Shown here: positions 41,006 through 49,495 of the stretch, in pieces
Position numbering within the stretch: the first letter of the stretch is position 1
Layout of the letters: each line of letters starts with the position of its first letter
Source: Nibricoccus sp.
GTDB lineage: Bacteria; Verrucomicrobiota; Verrucomicrobiia; Opitutales; Opitutaceae
Direction: 5' to 3'
NCBI GenBank assembly: GCA_047602425.1
Contig: JASGHG010000001.1
Span: 4,352,001 to 4,416,000 of the forward strand
DNA length: 64,000 nucleotides
Notes under the pieces: generated by a model
Database searches by the model: none
Told to the model about the DNA's origin: nothing
The model's input: only the letters and a program-made list of their open reading frames with translations
Translations under genes and position numbers: made by a program

Positions 41006-41133
41006 GCCACAGAGAGCACAGAGCTCGGACACAGAGTTCACGGAGCGGCAATGGGGTGCCTTTGTAATCCTCCTTACTTCTTCAGTGGTTTGACTCCGTG
41101 TTCTCTGTGTCGGAGCTCTGTGTCCTCTGTGGC
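41006..41133. repeat. 40-bp inverted repeat built from CACAGAG units
   Basis: 41006-41045 vs reverse complement of 41094-41133, 35/40 identical. Confidence 0.85.
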
Positions 41134-41241
41134 AAAAATGTCTGCATTCATTTCAAATCACTGTACTGGCTGACCTTGGTTTGCCTCTTGCCAATCCGAG
41201 CTTCCTCATAACTTCCTCTTTTCCACCATTCGCCGATTTCA

Positions 41242-42687
41242 TTGAAACCGAAACCCACACCCTTCGCCAAAGCCACCGCTCAGCTTGTCCGCTCGCTCGG
41301 CCCTCGCGTTGCCACCTCGGACGACGCGCTTTTCCGCGCCTCATTTGACAGCAGCAAATTGTCCTTCCTGCCCGAGGCGGTGATTTCGCCGAAGAAAAAT
41401 GACGACATCGCCACGACACTCGCGCTCGCCAACCAGCACCGCGTACCCGTCACGGTGCGCGGCGGCGGCACATCGCTTACCGGCTCCGGCTCACCGGTCA
41501 AGGGCGGTTGGGTACTCGATGTTTCGAAGTGGAATAAAATCGAAATCGACGCCGAAGCCGGCATGGCCCACGTGCAAGCCGGCGCGATTGTCGCGCAAAT
41601 CCACGCCGCTGCCGAAGCCGCCGGTTGGTTCTATCCAGCGGATCCGGCTTCGAAACAGTATTGCACCATCGGCGGCAACATCGCTTGCAACGCCGGCGGC
41701 ATGCACGGCGGCAAGTACGGCGTGACCCGCGATTTCGTCCTCGCGCTCAAAGGCTTTCTCCCGACCGGCGAATACGTGGAGTGGGGGCGCCCCACGAAAA
41801 AATTCTCCGCCGGCTTCAACCTCCGCGATCTCTGGATCGGCGCCGAGGGCATGCTCGGCGTCGTCACCGAGGCCACGTTGAAACTCGTCCCGCTGCCGCC
41901 CGCGCGCTGGACGCTCCTCACCGCCTTTGCCGATGAGGTCTCTGCTTTCAAGGCCATCCGCGCGCTCTTCGCCCAGCGCGTGCAACCCGCCATCTGCGAA
42001 TTTCTCGACCGCCATGCCGTGCAATGCGCCGAAGCCAAGACCGGCCAAACCGTTTTCCAGGGCCAAGCCGGCCGCCCGGTCATCCTTCTCGAACTGGCTG
42101 GTACCGCCAACGAACTCGCCGACTTGAAGCCCACCGTACTCGCCTGGGCCGAACAACACGCCATCGCCCACCGCGAAGCCGCCAACCGCGCCGAGGCCGA
42201 GGAACTCTGGACCGTGCGCCGCAAATGCTCGTCCGCCATGTTCGCGCTCGGCGACTCGAAGCTCAACGAGGACATCGTCGTCCCGCTGAAAAACTACGAA
42301 AAGTTCGCCGTCTTCCTCGACAAACTCCGCAAATCTTCACGCCTGCCGATCCCGACCTTCGGCCATCTTGCCGATGGCAACTTGCACGTGAACATCATGT
42401 ATCACCGCGAGAACCGCGCCGAATACCTCCGCGCGGAAAAAGCCGTCGGCCAGCTCATGGCCGGCGTGGTCAAACTCGGCGGCGCCATCTCCGGCGAGCA
42501 CGGCATCGGCCTCGCGAAGACGCCGTTCCTCGCGCTGCAACATTCCCCTGCGCAGATCAAAGCCATGCAGGCCGTGAAACAAGCGCTAGATCCAAACGGA
42601 ATTTTGAACCCGGGCAAAATGTTCACCCTCTTCAAAGTCTGGGAACACCCGCGCCTGAAGATCGAACTGCCGTGGGATCATAAATAG
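41242..42687 (+). CDS. FAD-linked 2-hydroxyacid oxidoreductase (GlcD-like)
   Basis: RGGGTSLTG, TIGGNIACNAGG, GAEGMLG, GHLADGNLH, SGEHGIG, NPGK. Confidence 0.92.
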   Translation: MKPKPTPFAKATAQLVRSLGPRVATSDDALFRASFDSSKLSFLPEAVISPKKNDDIATTLALANQHRVPVTVRGGGTSLTGSGSPVKGGWVLDVSKWNKIEIDAEAGMAHVQAGAIVAQIHAAAEAAGWFYPADPASKQYCTIGGNIACNAGGMHGGKYGVTRDFVLALKGFLPTGEYVEWGRPTKKFSAGFNLRDLWIGAEGMLGVVTEATLKLVPLPPARWTLLTAFADEVSAFKAIRALFAQRVQPAICEFLDRHAVQCAEAKTGQTVFQGQAGRPVILLELAGTANELADLKPTVLAWAEQHAIAHREAANRAEAEELWTVRRKCSSAMFALGDSKLNEDIVVPLKNYEKFAVFLDKLRKSSRLPIPTFGHLADGNLHVNIMYHRENRAEYLRAEKAVGQLMAGVVKLGGAISGEHGIGLAKTPFLALQHSPAQIKAMQAVKQALDPNGILNPGKMFTLFKVWEHPRLKIELPWDHK

Positions 42688-42850
42688 TTTTTACCACGGA
42701 TTGCGCGGATACCTCGGTTAAAACCATCTGACTTGGGGCAACGCGCCGTCGTTGCCGTATCCCGTATACGCTTAGCCGTGATCGCGGGTAGGGATGGACC
42801 GCCGGGCCGTCCGCTTCGACCCTGAACCGTTTTAAACCGCTTATGCACAC
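42682..42850. repeat. REP/nonamer mosaic, copy A
   Basis: Shares modules with 44162-44372; contains GTAGGGATGGACCGCCGGGCCGTCCG at 42788. Confidence 0.75.
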
Positions 42851-42903
42851 TGATGAGCAGGTCGTCGCGATCGCTTCGAACTCCGATGTACGGGGCCTTA
42901 CAC

Positions 42904-42942
42904 GCAAAAATCCCGCATCGCTGAAGATGACGGGTTTTTTGC
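42904..42942. terminator. bidirectional terminator-like hairpin
   Basis: A5-TCCCG..CATC/GATG..CGGG-T6. Confidence 0.55.
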
Positions 42943-43333
42943 TTGGAAAAAAATAGGTCCCACCGCGGTAGTGGAGAATTTATTCGAGTTTTATTTCAAA
43001 CATTTCCTCTCGTACTGCAGCGCTCGATCATCTTGCTGTTTAGGGCTAGATAAGTTGCGCGTTTTTTGGTGGGACGCCCGCACTATAGCTCAAGGAGAAC
43101 GAACCTGCCATCGGACCTTTTGCATAACGCGTTATAGGAAAATTTCTGAACGCCAACTGGCGCGATCCGCGGGTAAGAGCATTGTGCAATGTGCAAAATT
43201 TGACTCTGTTTCAGGCTCCCGCTCCTACAGCTTCTCCGAAGGTGGCGCGCGTTGACCTCAACGCGTGGGTTCGAACAACTCAACATTCGCGGAAAGGGCA
43301 GTTGCTCTGGGCCGTCGTGTTGTCCGCCGGCGC

Positions 43334-43543
43334 TTACTGCGTTTTATATTTCCCCGAATCTTCGGCCACCGACAAATCCTGCCGCGTGGTCTTTTGCGCC
43401 TGAGCGGTGGCTTGTTTCAACCTCAGGCCGAGTTCGTGCAACTCCAGCGCCCGTAAGATCCGCTGACCGGGGGTGAGCTTGAGCATAGCTTCGCGGGAGG
43501 CTCTTGCCGCAGCTTCGAAGTCGTGCTTTTCGGACGGATTCAT
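43334..43543 (-). CDS. small putative antitoxin
   Basis: 69 aa, LTPGQRILRALELHELG helix; 10 nt downstream of the nucleotidyltransferase. Confidence 0.6.
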   Translation of the reverse strand: MNPSEKHDFEAAARASREAMLKLTPGQRILRALELHELGLRLKQATAQAQKTTRQDLSVAEDSGKYKTQ

Positions 43544-43553
43544 AGAGCGTGTT

Positions 43554-44066
43554 TCAAGAAACACCAGACGCATCGGGGTGCAACTCCCTCAGTACCCGTA
43601 TATCTTCCTGATCCTTGGGACGGCCAGCATCCTTTTTCATCGCGAGCAAGAGGTCCAACGGCACGACAGGCACCACTACACCGGTAAACAACTCTGCCTT
43701 GGCCGCTTTTTCGTAGGCTGGTTCGAAAGCGAATGGTTCGGTTACAAAAAGATCGACAGGAATATCAAGAGGGTCACCGGTGCGCATTTGAAAAACGAGC
43801 ATGCCCTTCTCTTCGATCCAGCGTTTCCGTATACCGGCTTCTGCATAGTCAGCGGCGTTTACCGGAACTGCCGGTTTATAGCCGAGTGCGACCAACGACT
43901 GAATGGCATTGAGCGCATTCTCGCGCTCCAACGCGACGACAAGATCAATGTCATTGGTTGCCCGGCTATGTCCGTGCGCGGCCACAGCCAAACCGCCCAC
44001 CAGCAGATAACGAACGTCGTGTTGGTTGAGGCTAGCAAAAACACTTTTGACCGTATCGAGAAACAT
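43554..44066 (-). CDS. nucleotidyltransferase, AbiEii/MenT-like
   Basis: LVGGLAV..HG..RATNDID, VDLF, LLAMK...RPKDQED. Confidence 0.85.
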   Translation of the reverse strand: MFLDTVKSVFASLNQHDVRYLLVGGLAVAAHGHSRATNDIDLVVALERENALNAIQSLVALGYKPAVPVNAADYAEAGIRKRWIEEKGMLVFQMRTGDPLDIPVDLFVTEPFAFEPAYEKAAKAELFTGVVVPVVPLDLLLAMKKDAGRPKDQEDIRVLRELHPDASGVS

Positions 44067-44161
44067 GGGACGCGCAGTGCGAAGCGTCGGAGAAAACCAG
44101 CGAAAAGCAATCAGGCATTCCGAGTCGCACCCGCGTTTGATGCTAGCATGGCCGCGGGACC

Positions 44162-44372
44162 AAAATAGTTTTAACCATGGATTGCACGGATTTCACGGAC
44201 GAAACCATCTGGCATGGAGGGCGACGCGCTGTCGTCGCCGGTTCGACCCAAAACCGTCTTTAACCGCAAATTAAATAATCGACGCAAATTCCGAAGGTGG
44301 CACGCGACGTCCTCGGCGCGTGGGTTTGAGCGGCTCGCGGTCCGCGGGTAGGGTGGCTTCGGAGCAACCGCT
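44162..44372. repeat. REP/nonamer mosaic, copy B
   Basis: AAATAGTTTTAACCATGGATTGCACGGAT...AAACCATCTG...GGCGACGCGCTGTCGTCGCCG. Confidence 0.75.
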
Positions 44373-44402
44373 GCGGTAGCAACGTGCAAAAGTTGATCCG
44401 TC

Positions 44403-45296
44403 TCAGGCTTCCTCCCTAGGCTGCGCAAATTTGAATGCATGTGGTTGCCTAAGGAGGGGGGTACTGGCTGGCGCCGGGCCAGTCTGCGGAGAGGACTTTT
44501 CAGGTTGGCTGTTCGTAGGAAATGATCCGAGAAGCCATCCGGCGATGCGGTGGGCCGCACGCCAGATAATCCATCCAAGCAGCAAATTCAAAAGCAGCAA
44601 AACTGCGGTCGAAAGCATTCCCGTAAGGCTGGCACTGCTTGTATTGGGGATGTTCGCCGATCTCTGGTACATCGAGAGGTACGTCGCGAGGTGGCCGAGA
44701 CCAAAGATGCCGGAGAGAATATACGAAAGAGCAAAGAGCCGGATTATCGCTGCGACGATTCGCATGGTTTCAATCGGTTGTGCGGTCTTTTGTCGTGAAG
44801 TTCGTTTGAAACTGACGACAAGCGCGCCGAGCGCGAAAAGACAGCTGGTAACCGACACTCCGATCACGGCCCATGCCATTCCGTTGATCCTGGATGGAGC
44901 TGGCTGCTTTGCGACGGGTGTTGGTGTTTCTGGTTGTGGTGAGGTGACGGGAGCTGGTTCGTTGGAAGGTGGAAGCGGGCGTTCCGGCGCGGTGTCATAG
45001 ATCTTGATGATGCCGTTTTCTTCCCGCCACGCGAAGCCCACGGGTTTTAAGACAAGGTCGTAGATTTGCTTCCACGAGCAATGCATGACCTTGATGCTTG
45101 TTCTCCCAGGAAGGTTTGCGGGGATGACGACGTTGAGCTCGAAGAGGTCTGCGATATTACGGAGAATTACTACACGTGATTCGTCCGGGAAATCGACGCT
45201 GACCGTGTCATCGGCAGCTTTCGCATGAAGCGATAGGGCGAGCAGTAGGGCAAGGCAGACGAAGCTGCGTTTTAGGATGAGCAACATGGTGGTCAT
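44403..45296 (-). CDS. membrane protein with a secretin N-terminal-like domain
   Basis: Signal peptide; VSVDFPDE...ILRNIADLFELNVVIP...GIIKI; Pro-rich linker; 3 TM. Confidence 0.6.
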   Translation of the reverse strand: MTTMLLILKRSFVCLALLLALSLHAKAADDTVSVDFPDESRVVILRNIADLFELNVVIPANLPGRTSIKVMHCSWKQIYDLVLKPVGFAWREENGIIKIYDTAPERPLPPSNEPAPVTSPQPETPTPVAKQPAPSRINGMAWAVIGVSVTSCLFALGALVVSFKRTSRQKTAQPIETMRIVAAIIRLFALSYILSGIFGLGHLATYLSMYQRSANIPNTSSASLTGMLSTAVLLLLNLLLGWIIWRAAHRIAGWLLGSFPTNSQPEKSSPQTGPAPASTPLLRQPHAFKFAQPREEA

Positions 45297-45589
45297 TGTG
45301 CAGGGGTTAACGCGGTCGCGAAGCTGGTGCTGGTTTTCCCGCTTAGTCGTTGAAGCTGGCCTCCACGGGATGGGCGTTGGTTCTAAGCGGTGGGACGGGA
45401 AGTTCAAGGCGGTTCTTGGCGGAACGGTGCAGTTGAGGTGGAGCGCATTGACCCCAATGCGCTGGTTTGGGCGCGACGTCGGCATACGTGTTGCGCCATT
45501 TCGACAGGCTCAAATCGAAACGGCGGGCACGGCGGTCCGCCTTTCAGCGTCGAGGTGCTACCCCAAAGGCTGCGTGCGGCTACCTCGGG

Positions 45590-45835
45590 GCTTGGCGGTT
45601 TGAGCTCGGAGGGCGGGCGGCCGAGTTCGGAGGTTTCTCCGTCCACCTTTCGTGGTGCATGGGCGGAGCTTTGAGGTAGGAGCTCCGGGCTTGAAGGTGG
45701 ACGGTTGGACCTTTCAGGGTTGGTCGGCCGAGCTTGGAGGTGGGTCGATGGAGCTCGAAGGCTTGCGCGCCGAGCTTTGAGGTAGCCCGGGGTACCCTAA
45801 AGCTCGGCTGAGATACCTCAAAGGTACCCCGGCCC
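45590..45835. repeat. degenerate 21-bp tandem repeat (about 12 units)
   Basis: GAGCTTYGAGGT-like core recurring about every 21 nt; minus-strand translation gives heptads such as TSKLGRP. Confidence 0.6.
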
Positions 45836-45880
45836 ATGTCGTGGTAGGTGGGGCTATCGCTTTGGTACGTGGGTTCTTAG

Positions 45881-45965
45881 GTAGGGACTGCCAGCCTTGG
45901 CCGTCCGCGGTTGTTCAGGTCAGTTGCAAGAGACATTGACGGTCGGCCCGGCGGTCCAACCCTAC
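45881..45965. repeat. REP doublet (GTAGGG type)
   Basis: Right unit reverse complement GTAGGGTTGGACCGCCGGGCCGACCG matches the unit at 42788. Confidence 0.75.
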
Positions 45966-46024
45966 CTATGGATGTTGATAAAAGACATCCGTCCCGGGCC
46001 CTTGCGAGCACGGTTGCACGCTGG

Positions 46025-47005
46025 TCACCGGTATTGTTGCGTCAGGCGTCGGACGGCGGCCTTGATGCTTTTGCGGAGCTCGGCGGGGGCGAGGACTTCG
46101 GCGTCGGAGCCCCAGCTCAGTATCCAACTTTCAACTTCAGGGAGCGCGCCGAGTTTCATGCTGAGTTCGACGCCGCCGTTGGGCAATTCGAGGAGGGCTT
46201 GCGAATCGTGCCAGACACGCTCACGCACGCGGTCGGCGACTTTGGCGGTGAAACGCACGCGCACCTGGTAGTTGCCGCTGCCGCCGAGCACGCCGAGGGC
46301 ATTGGAGAAAAAGTTTTCGGGCGAAAAATCCTGGGGACGGGAGAACGTCGTCTTCGTGGTGCGAACGTCCGCGATGCGGGGCAGGGCGAAGGTGCGCAGG
46401 GCCTTGCGTTCGACGTCGTGGCCGACCAGGTACCAGAGATTTTGGCGGTGAGATAAATGGTAAGGTTGAACCGAGCGGCGCGACGCGCGGGCATCGCCGG
46501 GCTTGCGATAGTCGAAGGTGACTTCCAGTTGCTTGAGCACGGCGGTGCTGAGGGTGTTGAAGACGACGAGATCGGCTTTGCCGAGGCCCATGTTTTTGAA
46601 CGATACGGCGCTGAGTTCCTCGGCGGGCGAAAAGGAAATGCGATCCTTGAGTCCTTCAGTGAGTTTATCGAAGGCGATTTCAAGCTGCCGGTGAAAGGGT
46701 GTGCCTTGATATTGCTCGACAGCGCGTCGCGCGACGAGCAACGCCATGAGTTCGCCCTCGGTGACTTCCACGGTGGGAAACGAACTCACCGGGTGCGTGT
46801 AGCGGTAGGCGTTGAGCTGCGCGTCGAATTCGATCGGGAGGTCGAGCTGGTCGCGCATATAGGCGATGTCGCGAACAACGGTTTTGCGCGAAACTTCGAG
46901 GTCGTGCATGAGCTGCGTGCAGTTGGTCATGGCTCCGCGCCGCAGGTCCTCGTGGATGCGCAGCATGCGTTCTAGAGGGGGCCGGGAGCGTCCGCGTGTG
47001 ATCAT
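46025..47005 (-). CDS. HTH-WYL-WCX transcriptional regulator
   Basis: LEVSRKTVVRDI, VQPYHL...WYLVG...RTFALPRI, WILSWG..AEVLAP. Confidence 0.94.
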   Translation of the reverse strand: MITRGRSRPPLERMLRIHEDLRRGAMTNCTQLMHDLEVSRKTVVRDIAYMRDQLDLPIEFDAQLNAYRYTHPVSSFPTVEVTEGELMALLVARRAVEQYQGTPFHRQLEIAFDKLTEGLKDRISFSPAEELSAVSFKNMGLGKADLVVFNTLSTAVLKQLEVTFDYRKPGDARASRRSVQPYHLSHRQNLWYLVGHDVERKALRTFALPRIADVRTTKTTFSRPQDFSPENFFSNALGVLGGSGNYQVRVRFTAKVADRVRERVWHDSQALLELPNGGVELSMKLGALPEVESWILSWGSDAEVLAPAELRKSIKAAVRRLTQQYR

Positions 47006-47026
47006 AAAATAATTTCAGTTTTTTTT

Positions 47027-47053
47027 AGGGTGGGACAGCTAGTGACCCACCCT
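47027..47053. promoter_or_regulatory. palindromic operator in the WYL divergent promoter
   Basis: AGGGTGGGACA-GCTAG-TGACCCACCCT followed by a -10-like TATTGT. Confidence 0.7.
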
Positions 47054-47071
47054 GGGTGGTATTGTCAACGC

Positions 47072-47698
47072 ATGAACATGAATACCACCTCCAAAAAACT
47101 GCTCACCCGCTCGATCGAAATCATCTGGTCTCACTATGGCGAACGCTACCGCGTCGACAGCGATATGAAATTTTACCGCGAAAGCGACGAGGGCTGGGTC
47201 AACTGGCAGCCCGATCCCTCGACGGCGATCTTCTCCTCGGCGGCCGACGGCATCTCGGAAACGCGCTGGTCGGCTTTCCTCGAATTCGTTCCGACGGCGG
47301 AGCGGCGGCTGCTCGAAATGTTCGACGTGGGCCGCGCCGGCGTGCTGGCGGTGGTGGCGCTTTGCCCGGGGCTGGTGGCGGATTTGCTGGCGACGCCGGC
47401 ACTTGCGCCCTTCGTGGCCGAACATGCGCGGTTGCGCGGGACCGAAACGCGTTGGGAAGAAATCGCGGCAGTGCACAGTCGCGGTGGCGTTTACGCGCTG
47501 CTCGAATGGCTCGGTCTGCCGGCCTCGCGTCAGACGTTGACGATCTTGCAGAAGATTGCCGAACCCGATCTCGCGCGCCGTTTGCTCGAACCGATCCGCG
47601 CGTCGCTGTGGGAGCCGGAGACAATTTGGTTCCTCCAGCACACGCCTACGCTGACCGAACGCGCGCTCACGCACCACTGCGATTGCGTGGCGGCGTGA
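47072..47698 (+). CDS. hypothetical protein divergent from the WYL regulator
   Basis: 208-aa ORF with natural composition. Confidence 0.75.
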   Translation: MNMNTTSKKLLTRSIEIIWSHYGERYRVDSDMKFYRESDEGWVNWQPDPSTAIFSSAADGISETRWSAFLEFVPTAERRLLEMFDVGRAGVLAVVALCPGLVADLLATPALAPFVAEHARLRGTETRWEEIAAVHSRGGVYALLEWLGLPASRQTLTILQKIAEPDLARRLLEPIRASLWEPETIWFLQHTPTLTERALTHHCDCVAA

Positions 47699-47707
47699 GC
47701 GATTTCC

Positions 47708-49399
47708 TCAACGTGCAGCGAGGAATGCCCGCCAGCCGCCGAACGAGGTGACGTCGCGAGCGTTTGCCACGGCGGCGGCTTCGCAGAGGAAACTCTGCAC
47801 GGTCGAGCCGTCGTCGAGCGTGACGGTGCCGATGCCAAGCGGACTCGGAATGTTGGAAACGAAATGGCCGTAACCCGCGACGGGGACGTTCCAGACTTCG
47901 ACTTCAATGGGCGCGCCGCCTTCGACGACCCGGATCAGTCCGGGTTTGGGCGGCGTGGTGCCGGGCAGGGCGAAGAGTTTGTAGGTGGGAGCCGTTTTGG
48001 TCGCGCGGTCGAGGGTCGCGCCGAGCTGGGTGAGTTGCCAGTTGAGCGGGAGTCCGCTGAGGTGCGCGCCGCAGACGGCAAGTTTAATCGTGCGGCCGGC
48101 AGATGGCAGGGAGCGTTGCGGCGCGGTTTCGCCGAGAAATTTTGCGCCGAGGCGGAGCACGCGATCATCGCAAAATGCGGGAGCGACGAGCGTAACGCCC
48201 CAAGGCATTTTGTTTGGCAAAAAGCCCACGGGAACGGCGACGGCACAGAGATCGAATAGGTTCAGGTAATTAGTATAGGTGCCGAGGTTCGAATTGAGAC
48301 GGATGGGATCGGACTCGACTTCGGCGACGGTGTAGACCGTGCCCGTGGTGGGCGTGAGCAATACGTCGATGTCGGCCCAAACGGCCTCGGCTTGGCGGCG
48401 GAGCGCAGCGAGTTTGTAGGCGGCCTCGAAGGCGGACGTGGCAGTGAGGGCGCGCGCGCTTTCGATGATCTGGCGCGTGACGGGATGCAGCGCGGCGGGT
48501 TGGCTCTCGATGAAAGGGCGGATGGCCGCATAACGCTCGGCGACCCACGGTCCCTCGTAGAGCAAGCGGGCCGCGGCGAGAAACGGCGTGAAGTCGATTT
48601 CGACGATTTTGGCGCCGAGCGAACGCCAGCGCGCGATGGCGGTGGCAAAAAGTTCGGCGGCGGCGGCGTTGCCGAAAAATTCGAGTTGGTCGGCGCGCGG
48701 CACGCCGATGCGAGGCGGCCAGACTTCATCGATCACCGGCGGAGTGGCGGGGCGGCTGTATGGATCTTCCGGATCGTAGGCGGCAGCGACGGAGAGAATT
48801 TCGGCGGCGTCGGAAATTGTGCGTGTGAAGATGGAAACGCAGTCGAGTGTGCGGCAGGCTGGAACCACGCCGCGGGTGCTGAGGAGGCCGCGCGTGGGTT
48901 TGAGGCCAACGAGGTTGTTGAAGGCGGCGGGAACGCGACCGGAACCGGCCGTGTCGGTGCCGAGGGCAAAATCGCATAAACCAGCCGCCACCGCCACGGC
49001 GGAGCCGGAGCTGGAGCCGCCGGGGATGTAAGCTGAGTTGAACGGATTTACGGGCACGCCATACGGTGAGCGCACGCCGACGAGGCCGGTGGCAAATTGG
49101 TCGAGATTGGTTTTGCCGAGGGGAATCGCTCCGGCATTGACGAGCCGTTGCACGACAGGAGCGGAAGTGGAGGGCGTGTACGCGAAATCGGGGCAGGCGG
49201 CGGTGGTGGGCACGCCAGCGAAGTCGATATTGTCCTTGATCGCAAACGTCAGACCGCGCAGTGGAGCGGGACCGAAAAGTTTGGCCGCGGCATCGGCGAG
49301 TCCGAGCACGTGCTCGCGGCACAGGCGCGAAATCCAGACGGGGTCCTTTCCGCGGGCGTCGAGGCGGGCGAGAGTTTCGGCGATGGGTGAAGGGGCCAT
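47708..49399 (-). CDS. atzF: allophanate hydrolase
   Basis: KDNID, GKTNLDQFATGLVG, GGSSSGS, GTDTAGSGRVP; C-domain VCGAHLSGLPLN. Confidence 0.95.
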   Translation of the reverse strand: MAPSPIAETLARLDARGKDPVWISRLCREHVLGLADAAAKLFGPAPLRGLTFAIKDNIDFAGVPTTAACPDFAYTPSTSAPVVQRLVNAGAIPLGKTNLDQFATGLVGVRSPYGVPVNPFNSAYIPGGSSSGSAVAVAAGLCDFALGTDTAGSGRVPAAFNNLVGLKPTRGLLSTRGVVPACRTLDCVSIFTRTISDAAEILSVAAAYDPEDPYSRPATPPVIDEVWPPRIGVPRADQLEFFGNAAAAELFATAIARWRSLGAKIVEIDFTPFLAAARLLYEGPWVAERYAAIRPFIESQPAALHPVTRQIIESARALTATSAFEAAYKLAALRRQAEAVWADIDVLLTPTTGTVYTVAEVESDPIRLNSNLGTYTNYLNLFDLCAVAVPVGFLPNKMPWGVTLVAPAFCDDRVLRLGAKFLGETAPQRSLPSAGRTIKLAVCGAHLSGLPLNWQLTQLGATLDRATKTAPTYKLFALPGTTPPKPGLIRVVEGGAPIEVEVWNVPVAGYGHFVSNIPSPLGIGTVTLDDGSTVQSFLCEAAAVANARDVTSFGGWRAFLAAR

Positions 49400-49414
49400 G
49401 CGGGAGGAAGATTA

Positions 49415-49495
49415 GTAATTTGTAGTTGGTAGTTTGTAGTTGGTTTTTGACGAAGGGCAGCTTTGACGAACTACTAATTTCAAACTGCCAATTAC
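49415..49495. repeat. heptamer palindromic element, empty intergenic copy (81 nt)
   Basis: GTAATTT GTAGTTG GTAGTTT GTAGTTG - 25 nt - GAACTAC TAATTTC AAACTGC CAATTAC. Confidence 0.9.

Noticed and set aside
45590..45835. 21-bp periodic region as CRISPR
   Set aside because: Units are contiguous and degenerate, with no spacers.
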